Shown: positions 56,837 through 64,000 of the stretch, piece after piece | How the letters are laid out: each line of letters starts with the position of its first letter | How positions within the stretch are numbered: the stretch's first letter is position 1 | Assembly (NCBI GenBank): GCA_964566545.1 | Contig: CAZMIX010000004.1 | Span: 44,257-108,256, forward strand | DNA length: 64,000 nt | From: an uncultured Lachnospiraceae bacterium | GTDB lineage: Bacteria; Bacillota; Clostridia; Lachnospirales; Lachnospiraceae | Direction of reading: 5' to 3' | Made by a program: the position numbers and the translations under genes | Notes under the pieces: generated by a model | The model's database searches: none | Seen by the model: only the letters and a program-made list of their open reading frames with translations | What the model was told of the DNA's origin: nothing

Positions 56837-58126
56837 TTATTCAAAACGTACCCGTATCGACTTCGCATGTGCCGTCAGACCTTCCGCCTCCGCAAATTCA
56901 GCGATATCCTCCGCCGCCGAAGCGAGTGCCTCCCTCGAGTAGGAAATGATGCTCGTGCGCTTATAGAAGGCATCTACGGAAAGCGGAGAAAAAAACTTCG
57001 CCGTACCGTTCGTGGGAAGTACGTGATTGGGTCCTGCAAAATAATCGCCAAGAGGCTCCGAGGAATATTCACCGATGAAAATGGCACCGGCGTTTTTAAT
57101 TTTAGTCATCACCGAAAACGCATCCTTTGTGAGGATTTCCACATGCTCGGAAGCGATTTCGTTCGCCGTTTCCACCGCAGCCTCCATGGAATCCGCCACT
57201 AAAATATACCCGTAGCTGTCCAGAGATTTTTGAATAATTTCCCTGCGTGACAGCGTTTCTGTCAATACCTCCGCCTCCTTTGACACCTGCTTTGCAAGCG
57301 TCTTAGATGTCGTAATCAGGATCGCCGACGCAAGCTGGTCATGCTCGGCCTGGGACAGCAGATCCGCAGCTACATAAGCAGGATTTGCCGTTTCATCCGC
57401 CAGAACGAGGATTTCACTCGGTCCCGCAATGGAATCGATGCTGACATGGCCGAATACTGCTTTTTTGGCAAGTGCGACAAAAATATTGCCGGGTCCTACG
57501 ATTTTGTCCACTTTCGGAATAGATTCTGTTCCGTATGCAAGCGCAGCGATCGCCTGTGCGCCGCCTGCCTTATAGATTTCCGTGACGCCGGTGATCTTTG
57601 CCGCTACTAAAGTGCAAGGCTGTACCTTTCCGTCTTTGCCGGGCGGCGTGATCATGACAATCCGCTTTACACCCGCCACCTTTGCCGGCAGCACGCACAT
57701 GAGCGTCGAGGAAGGATAGGCCGCCTTTCCGCCCGGCACATAAACGCCGACGCGCTCGATCGGCGTCACCTTCTGTCCGAGTATGGTACCGTCCTCTTTT
57801 GAGTCGAACCAGCTATTCACCCTTTGCTTTTCATGGTATGCAATGATATTGGCGGCCGCCCGCTCCATGATCGCGATCAGCCTTTGATCGTATGCCGCAT
57901 AAGCTTCTTCAATTTCCGCTTCGCTCACGCGCACTGCCTCCGCCCTCAGGCGGCAGCCGTCAAATTTTTCCGTATAGGAAAACAATGCCATATCTCCGTT
58001 TTCCTTTACATTAGTCAATATTTCATTGACGGTATTTTCATATTCCGTATATTGGCCCGGACTTCTCTTTAATAAATTTGTCAGGATATCCCGTCTTGTC
58101 TCTTCGGTCAATTTTATAATTTTCAT
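56837..58126 (-). CDS. hisD: Histidinol dehydrogenase
   Basis: [18 protein letters not shown] and [11 protein letters not shown] motifs. Confidence 0.95.
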   Translation of the reverse strand: MKIIKLTEETRRDILTNLLKRSPGQYTEYENTVNEILTNVKENGDMALFSYTEKFDGCRLRAEAVRVSEAEIEEAYAAYDQRLIAIMERAAANIIAYHEKQRVNSWFDSKEDGTILGQKVTPIERVGVYVPGGKAAYPSSTLMCVLPAKVAGVKRIVMITPPGKDGKVQPCTLVAAKITGVTEIYKAGGAQAIAALAYGTESIPKVDKIVGPGNIFVALAKKAVFGHVSIDSIAGPSEILVLADETANPAYVAADLLSQAEHDQLASAILITTSKTLAKQVSKEAEVLTETLSRREIIQKSLDSYGYILVADSMEAAVETANEIASEHVEILTKDAFSVMTKIKNAGAIFIGEYSSEPLGDYFAGPNHVLPTNGTAKFFSPLSVDAFYKRTSIISYSREALASAAEDIAEFAEAEGLTAHAKSIRVRFE

Positions 58127-58758
58127 AATTTCTCCTTTAACTCTCTGATCAACCGGTTAATTCGATCCGATTCCATCCGCATGCTGACCTGGTTGACGAT
58201 CATTCTCGCCGACAGCGGACAGATTTCCTCAAGCACCTCCAGGCCGTTTTCCCGCAGCGTCGAGCCTGTTTCCACAATGTCCACGATCACCTCGGAAAGT
58301 CCGACGATCGGCGCAAGCTCGATAGAACCGTTCAACTTGATGATATCCACGGTCTGATGCTTTTTATTATAAAAATAATCTTTTGCGATCCGCGGATATT
58401 TAGTTGCAACACGGATCATCTCGTGATGCTGCAGAAGCTCTTTTGCGGATGCCGGCCCGCAGACACACATCCGGCATTTTCCGAAGCCTAAATCCAACAC
58501 CTCAAAATTTTTCCGGTTTTCCTCAAGGATCGTATCTTTGCCGACCACACCGATATCGGCTGCTCCATATTCCACATAGGTCGGCACATCCGGTCCCTTC
58601 GCCAGAAAAAATTTTAATTTTAATTCCTCATTGACAAAAATCAGCTTTCTCGAATCCTTATCCTTCATTTCTTCGCAGGTGATGCCGATTTCCTCAAACA
58701 ACTGAAGCGTCCTGTTGGCCAGCCGCCCCTTTCCAAGTGCAAATGTTAAATAGCGCAT
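58123..58758 (-). CDS. hisG: ATP phosphoribosyltransferase, short form
   Basis: 211 aa. [18 protein letters not shown] and [15 protein letters not shown] motifs. Confidence 0.93.
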   Translation of the reverse strand: MRYLTFALGKGRLANRTLQLFEEIGITCEEMKDKDSRKLIFVNEELKLKFFLAKGPDVPTYVEYGAADIGVVGKDTILEENRKNFEVLDLGFGKCRMCVCGPASAKELLQHHEMIRVATKYPRIAKDYFYNKKHQTVDIIKLNGSIELAPIVGLSEVIVDIVETGSTLRENGLEVLEEICPLSARMIVNQVSMRMESDRINRLIRELKEKL

Positions 58759-58759
58759 G

Positions 58760-59953
58760 TCATCCCTCCAGATTTTCAGCTAAAATCAAATTCAGACAGT
58801 GACTTGCCGCATACTGCTCATAATCTTTTAACTGTTCTCTTTTCATTAGATGCATTAAAATCGTCTTTTTCCCACTGTTCCGATATTCCTTAGCGATCCG
58901 ATAAGCTTTTTCTTTATCTGCACTCTCATAAAGCAGTAAACAGGTGTCATCAGGAGTCATAGCACCAATCCCCTGTCTGGACAAGGCAGATAAAAGCTGA
59001 TCAACGACAATTGCAAAGCCAATTGCCTCGGCTTTTTTCCCGAACTCGTTCAGCAGATTGTCGTAGCGCCCGCCCTTTATGACGGCATCCCCGTTTCCAT
59101 ATGTATCTGCCCTGAAAATCACACCGGTATAATAATGATATTTGCTAAGGAGTCCTAAGTCAAATGTCACATAGTCCGTCACAGTCTGGGCGCGCAGCAG
59201 CTCGTAAATGGCTTCAAGCCGCTCCACCGCAAGCAGTGAACGCCGATTTGTCACAAATCTCTTGGCATCCCCGACTGTTTCCAAAGAGCCAAACAGATCC
59301 GTGATTTTTAAAATCTGCTCCTTCACGTCATTTGCTAACTCTAAAGAGTCCAAAATCGCCTGTGCTCCAAAAAAATTTTTATTAGAGATCATTTCTCTAA
59401 GCTCTAATTCCGCTTCCTCATTGATGCCGTATTCCGCACAAAGACCTTTAAAAAACTCCACATTGCCGATGCTGATCTGAAAATCATGCAGACCGGCCTG
59501 CTTCATGCAGGCAATAACAAGCGAAATCATTTCCGCATCCGCTTCCACGCTGCCGTCGTTAATCAGCTCCGCGCCGATTTGTGTTGTTTCCTTTAGGCGT
59601 CCCTGAAAATCGGAGGCATTGATAAACGTATTACCCATATAGCAGAATCGGATCGGAAGCCGCTCCTCCATAAAGTATTTGGCCGCGGCTCTGGCGATCG
59701 AAGGCGTAAAGTCCGGCCGAAGCACGAGTGTATTTCCTTCTTTATCAAAAAATTTATACAGCTCCTTTGAAGGGATCGTTCCGATCCTGCTCGAAAAAAT
59801 ATCAAAAAATTCAAAGGTCGGCGTTTGGATATCCTGATAGCCGTATAAATGCAGCTCGTCTTGCAAAGCAGCCTGCAGCCTCAGCTTAATTTCATATTCA
59901 TTTCCGTAAATATCCCGCACCCCTTCCGGTGTGTGCAGTAAGCGCTTTTCCAT
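58760..59953 (-). CDS. hisZ: ATP phosphoribosyltransferase regulatory subunit (HisRS paralog)
   Basis: HisRS-like class II core ([22 protein letters not shown]) without an anticodon-binding domain. Paired with short HisG. Confidence 0.88.
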   Translation of the reverse strand: MEKRLLHTPEGVRDIYGNEYEIKLRLQAALQDELHLYGYQDIQTPTFEFFDIFSSRIGTIPSKELYKFFDKEGNTLVLRPDFTPSIARAAAKYFMEERLPIRFCYMGNTFINASDFQGRLKETTQIGAELINDGSVEADAEMISLVIACMKQAGLHDFQISIGNVEFFKGLCAEYGINEEAELELREMISNKNFFGAQAILDSLELANDVKEQILKITDLFGSLETVGDAKRFVTNRRSLLAVERLEAIYELLRAQTVTDYVTFDLGLLSKYHYYTGVIFRADTYGNGDAVIKGGRYDNLLNEFGKKAEAIGFAIVVDQLLSALSRQGIGAMTPDDTCLLLYESADKEKAYRIAKEYRNSGKKTILMHLMKREQLKDYEQYAASHCLNLILAENLEG

Positions 59954-60055
59954 AAACGGCTCCTTATGATACTTTTATTTTCTTAGTATTTATATTACAT
60001 TTCGCTTTCCTAAATTAAAGTGCTAATATGGTATCGTGCTACCATGACAAAACAT

Positions 60056-60084
60056 ATTATATAAAATATGGATTGCTTTGTCAA
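60056..60084 (-). promoter_or_regulatory. Consensus sigma-70 promoter of the his operon
   Basis: Minus strand: TTGACA (60079-60084), 17 nt, TATAAT (60056-60061). It lies ~100 nt upstream of hisZ. Confidence 0.6.
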
Positions 60085-60115
60085 TTGCCAGTCTCATGAT
60101 TACAGCTATTTATTT

Positions 60116-60649
60116 TCATTCGCGTGAGGAAAGATCCATCTGCACCGCATCCAAATAAGGTACAAAAATACCCTGCCTTGGCTGAATCACATAGTCTTCC
60201 TCAATCTCTTCAATCCGAAAGCTCTTTTTTCCGCCGTCCATTTGTCGGCTCCAAAATTCCTTCAGCTTGCAAAAACGCAGATAATAAAACAGATCTCTTG
60301 CCGAATAATAAATAAGCAGAAAAGCGACTCCGCCCTGCGCTTCAAATTCCTCCATGAACCGCACCTGATGCTCATGAATGTTGGCGAGTGCAAAAGTATC
60401 CTTCGCGCATTCCTTCGCATCAAAGCAAATCGGAATTCCTTGAATCGCGCCGATATAGTCGACGGTGCTTTTCTGCTCAAAATAAGCAAGTGTAATATGC
60501 CGGTGTTCCTTATCGATATTGATTGGGGTGATCGGCGTCGGAACCTTTTGAATCAGTCCAAGCTTATTTTCCCTGTATTTTTCATTCGTACGGTTAATCA
60601 AGTCCTCTAAGGTGGAACCTCTTAACCCCCTGCTATTCCATGTTGCCAT
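60116..60649 (-). CDS. recU: Holliday junction resolvase RecU
   Basis: NSRGLRGSTLEDLIN...N..Y and DYIG...G..I.FDAKE motifs. Start moved to ATG 60649 behind a GGGAGAA SD. Confidence 0.88.
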   Translation of the reverse strand: MATWNSRGLRGSTLEDLINRTNEKYRENKLGLIQKVPTPITPINIDKEHRHITLAYFEQKSTVDYIGAIQGIPICFDAKECAKDTFALANIHEHQVRFMEEFEAQGGVAFLLIYYSARDLFYYLRFCKLKEFWSRQMDGGKKSFRIEEIEEDYVIQPRQGIFVPYLDAVQMDLSSRE

Positions 60650-60691
60650 TTTATTCTCCCGCGATGTTTTTAAATAGTGCGCATGTTTCAT

Positions 60692-61681
60692 TTACTGCTG
60701 CGATAATACCTTTTCCCGCAAAATCCGGTCAAATTGCCGGGGAAGAGAGATGGTAAATGTTTTTCCTGACAAATTTTCAAGTGCACCTGTAAACAAAGGC
60801 ATTTCAAGACGATATGCATGTAAAAGCTGCGCCTTCACACCGTAATATTTTTTATAATACTGATTGACCTGCGGATTTCCGTATTTATAATCGCCGACAA
60901 TCGGCGCTTTCTCAGATGCAAGATGCGCACGTATCTGGTGAGGTTTTCCCGTAATTAATTCGACCTCAAGCAGAGTTAATTCGCCGTATTGTTTTAGCGG
61001 CATATAACGCGTCTCAATTTCGGAGACCTCCTCCATAGAGTCCGGCTTTTCTTTTTGTACACAAACCCGATTCGTTTTTTCGTCTTTTATAAGGAATCCT
61101 TTTATATACTGTGGTTTTCGGATATCAGCAGCTACAAGGCATTGATAATACTTATGGATTGTGCGGTCTTTCAGTGCTCCGGATATCTGCTGTGCAGCTG
61201 CAAGGGTCTTGGCGCAGAGAATCAATCCGCTCGTATTCCGGTCAAGGCGGTTGCAGATAGAGGGCGTAAAGCTTTGCAGGCTTTCCCTTGCCACCGCACC
61301 GCTTTTTATAAGATAGTCCAAACAATATTCGTTAATTGATAGATCCGCCCGCGACGCTTTCTGTGATAAAATCCCGGCAGGCTTGTCTATCAGCAGCAAA
61401 TTGACATCTTCATAGACAATCCTTAATGAAAAAGGCTGCTTCACAAGAACCGGCTGTTTTTCCTCGGAGAATTTTTCATATGTTTCATCAGAAAAAAACA
61501 ACTTGATCTCATCTCCCGCAAAAAGCTGTTCCATGCCTTTCGCCTTTTTTCCATTCAACGTGATATTTTTTTTCCTAAGCATTTTATAAATAAAGCTGCC
61601 GGGTGCCTTGTTTAAATACTTAAATAACAGCTTGTCCAAACGCTGCCCCGCTTCATTTTCTTTTACAATCATAACTTTCAT
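60692..61681 (-). CDS. RluA-family pseudouridine synthase with S4 domain
   Basis: QRLDKLL S4 motif, catalytic NRLDRNTSG and KPHQIRAH. Confidence 0.85.
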   Translation of the reverse strand: MKVMIVKENEAGQRLDKLLFKYLNKAPGSFIYKMLRKKNITLNGKKAKGMEQLFAGDEIKLFFSDETYEKFSEEKQPVLVKQPFSLRIVYEDVNLLLIDKPAGILSQKASRADLSINEYCLDYLIKSGAVARESLQSFTPSICNRLDRNTSGLILCAKTLAAAQQISGALKDRTIHKYYQCLVAADIRKPQYIKGFLIKDEKTNRVCVQKEKPDSMEEVSEIETRYMPLKQYGELTLLEVELITGKPHQIRAHLASEKAPIVGDYKYGNPQVNQYYKKYYGVKAQLLHAYRLEMPLFTGALENLSGKTFTISLPRQFDRILREKVLSQQ

Positions 61682-62346
61682 CGTGAATTTGCCTTCTCAT
61701 ACGGAAAAACCTGCCCATAATCTTCTATGAAATAATCGGCAAGCGCCTTTTTTTCCTGAAGTTGATAATCCGAATACTCATCCGCGACGGCACACACACG
61801 CATGCCTGCTGACTTTCCGGCTAGGATTCCCTGTGTCAGATCCTCAAAAACGAGACAGTATTCGGGCTGAATGCCCAGTCTTTTTGCTGTGTTTAAATAA
61901 ACGTCGGGCGCGGGTTTCCCTGCACCAACCTCGCAGCCGGTCAAAATAGCGTCAAAGTATTCATAAACACCCTTTCTCTTTAAAACAGCCTCCGTCAGAA
62001 TACGGGAATTACTCGTGGCAATGCCGATTTTAATGCGCTGCTCCTTTAAATAAGCAAGGAATTTCCGTACATTATTTTTCAGCGTCACTTCACTGGAATA
62101 CTTTTCATAGGCCATTTCATTCCAAATATCCATAATTTCCTCGACGGGCTCCTGAAGCAAAAAACGCTCCTTAAAATACTGTGCCGTCTCGAAAAAGCTC
62201 TTCCCCTCGATGTGTTGCTGTAAATCGGCGGGAAGCTCTTTGTTAAACTGCTTCAAGTACTGCCGGTCAATCGCTTTCCAAATCCACATCGAATCGACGA
62301 GCGTTCCGTCTAAATCAAAAATTACTGCCTGAATATCTTTCAACAT
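61678..62346 (-). CDS. HAD-superfamily hydrolase (subfamily IA phosphatase / beta-PGM-like)
   Basis: DLDGTLVDS motif I, TSN motif II and the GKPAPD...FEDL motifs. Confidence 0.8.
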   Translation of the reverse strand: MLKDIQAVIFDLDGTLVDSMWIWKAIDRQYLKQFNKELPADLQQHIEGKSFFETAQYFKERFLLQEPVEEIMDIWNEMAYEKYSSEVTLKNNVRKFLAYLKEQRIKIGIATSNSRILTEAVLKRKGVYEYFDAILTGCEVGAGKPAPDVYLNTAKRLGIQPEYCLVFEDLTQGILAGKSAGMRVCAVADEYSDYQLQEKKALADYFIEDYGQVFPYEKANSR

Positions 62347-62366
62347 AGCTGTTCTCCATTTGTTTT

Positions 62367-63101
62367 CTATTGATGGTTGTTATTTTTCAACCGCGACAGT
62401 TCCTCTGCCGTCAGGCGGCGGAATTCTCCGGGCTGTAGCATTTCGTCCAATTGCAGACCGCCCATTGACAGCCGCTTTAAATAAAGCACCGCTCGCCCTC
62501 TTTTTGCAAGCATTCGCTTTACCTGATGATACCGTCCTTCCGTAATCGTGATTTCATAGGCATCTGCGCCCATCCGATCACTTTTCTTGACGACTGCCGG
62601 AAGACACGGCTTTTCATCTCCGATATCGATGCCGCCTTCAAGAACATTTATATCCTCCGGTTTCAAAGAGCCGTCAAGCACGGCAAGATAGGTTTTTTTT
62701 ACATGCTTCTTGGGGGATAATAGCTCGTGAGCAAGTGTCCCGTCATTTGTCAGCAGCAAAAGCCCCTCCGTGTCCTTATCAAGTCTGCCTACCGGAAACA
62801 ACTGCTTCGTTGCAACCCCCTTATCTCTTAATAAAGAAAAAACGGTCTCGTTTAAATTGTCCTTTGTCGCGCTGACATAGCTCTGGGGTTTGTTTAACAT
62901 ATAATAGACAAACACTTCATGAAGAACCGGTGTCTGACCGGCAAGCACGGTATTCGCAGCCGGTCTGACTTTATAGCCGCAATCCTTTACAACCACTCCG
63001 TCCACTGTGACCGTGCCGCTTTTTATGATGCCTCGCACTTCGCTCCTCGTCCCGAATCCTTCGTCCGCGAGAAGCTTGTCGAGCCTGATTTCTTTTTCCA
63101 T
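62367..63101 (-). CDS. RsuA/RluB-family rRNA pseudouridine synthase
   Basis: S4 domain (IRLDKLLA), catalytic GRLDKDTEGLLLLTNDG and YHQVKRM. Confidence 0.85.
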   Translation of the reverse strand: MEKEIRLDKLLADEGFGTRSEVRGIIKSGTVTVDGVVVKDCGYKVRPAANTVLAGQTPVLHEVFVYYMLNKPQSYVSATKDNLNETVFSLLRDKGVATKQLFPVGRLDKDTEGLLLLTNDGTLAHELLSPKKHVKKTYLAVLDGSLKPEDINVLEGGIDIGDEKPCLPAVVKKSDRMGADAYEITITEGRYHQVKRMLAKRGRAVLYLKRLSMGGLQLDEMLQPGEFRRLTAEELSRLKNNNHQ

Positions 63102-63143
63102 TCAAACCTCATTTTCCGCCGTATCGAAAGGTCATGCGCTGAA

Positions 63144-64000
63144 TTAATAAGAATAATTCAGCTTTTTCTCTTCCAAATACCGCAGCACATAGTACGGGTT
63201 GATGCTAACCTCATCGCTTTGCTCCGTTTTTATGTAAATACCGATATGCAGGTGTACATCAAATTTCCCGATCGTGCCTTCTTCCCCGTAGCCGCTATCC
63301 CCCATGTAACCTAAGAGCTGTCCGGCGACGACCTTCGTACCTTCTTTAAAATGCTCCGCATACTCATATAGATGCGCGTAATAAAAATATGCTCCGCTAT
63401 CTGCCCGGATGCCAATGCGGTAACCTCCCTGCGGAAGCCAGCCGATTTTCTCTACAATACCATCTGTCATGCTGATGACCGGATAATAGCCTCTTCTGTT
63501 GAGAGAAGCCATAATATCACAGCCTTCATGTCCTCTGGTGCCTCCAAAGCTCCGCTCAAAAAGCCAAGAATTTTCAAAAGTAATTTTTGCGTCTTCATTT
63601 TTGACAGAGACAGGGATCGGAAAATAGGTCAGATCGTTCCAAACGGCTCGCATACTGTCCGTAACGGCTAAAAAGCCTTCATTTTTCAATAAATGCGGCA
63701 AAAGATCCCGATATAGCGCTTGATGAGCCATTATCATGGTTTTATCGGAAAGACTTCCTTCCTCTATTAAAAAGGCAGCGGTCAGATATTCATAAAAGTC
63801 GATATCGGATGTCTGTGCCTGCTTTTCTAATTCGAGCAGACAGTCCTTTGAAATTGTATGAGCCCGAAACATGGCACTGTCACAATAATCGGCCGTCACC
63901 TTGAGCAAAAACGCATGCTCGCGCACATATTCCGTCAACAGCGTGACCCAGATTGCACAAAATAAAAGAACAAAAACAAACGCAATCCTACCGGTTCTTT
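63144..64000 (-). CDS. M23 (LytM-type) metallopeptidase; N-terminus runs off the window
   Basis: HxxxD (GHEGCDI) and HxH (HLHIG) motifs. The frame stays open upstream of the listed start and encodes a TM helix (IAFVFVLLFCAIWVTLL) up to base 64000, so the gene is 5'-truncated by the window edge. Confidence 0.8.
   Translation of the reverse strand, partial: RTGRIAFVFVLLFCAIWVTLLTEYVREHAFLLKVTADYCDSAMFRAHTISKDCLLELEKQAQTSDIDFYEYLTAAFLIEEGSLSDKTMIMAHQALYRDLLPHLLKNEGFLAVTDSMRAVWNDLTYFPIPVSVKNEDAKITFENSWLFERSFGGTRGHEGCDIMASLNRRGYYPVISMTDGIVEKIGWLPQGGYRIGIRADSGAYFYYAHLYEYAEHFKEGTKVVAGQLLGYMGDSGYGEEGTIGKFDVHLHIGIYIKTEQSDEVSINPYYVLRYLEEKKLNYSY

Noticed and set aside
59954-60115. T-box or attenuator leader upstream of hisZ
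   Set aside because: The leader is only ~100 nt after a consensus promoter. It has one small hairpin (ATGGTA/TACCAT), no T-box sequence and no His-rich leader peptide.

Overview
Chromosomal segment of a Firmicute, most consistent with Clostridia (Lachnospiraceae-like). This rests on gene content and order: L21-Prp-L27-Obg, SepF/YggS, MinCDE plus MreBCD/PBP2/RodA, RecU, HisZ plus short HisG, and GAAC-N4-GTTC LexA boxes. All calls come from reading the translations and the DNA by eye; no database search was possible. About 60 recognisable genes are almost all core housekeeping. On the plus strand (1-20.4 kb): a PAS-GGDEF cyclase, a NifU-like/GGGtGRT pair, an M13 peptidase, metH, ilvB-ilvN-ilvN'-ilvC, rplU-prp-rpmA-obg-yhbY-nadD-yqeK-rsfS, and a divergent lexA/LysM SOS pair. 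On the minus strand (20.4-64 kb): a tyrosine recombinase, ttcA, an AI-2E permease, rluD-lspA-aroB, the sepF-to-radC division and shape cluster, ynbB-miaA-mutL-mutS, an RNase E/G plus radical SAM cluster, hisZGDB plus an unusual HisF-like-HisIE fusion, recU, pseudouridine synthases and an M23 peptidase. No tRNA, rRNA, CRISPR array, IS element, prophage or recognisable defence genes were seen. The one region ordinary annotation does not explain is a 1.5-kb gene-free island (22299-23814). It holds two perfectly identical ~0.5-kb direct repeats that differ only in a replaced ~31-34-nt cassette and a 7-vs-3-nt patch. They flank a 379-nt unique core packed with nested GC-rich helices and inverted repeats, and each repeat carries a strong minus-strand promoter. 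I cannot match it to any RNA family or mobile element I know, and it is the best candidate here for something undescribed (a large structured RNA locus, an invertible or excisable element, or both). Secondary oddities are a degenerate HisF-like barrel fused to HisIE, tandem diverged ilvN paralogs, and several conserved unknowns embedded in housekeeping operons.
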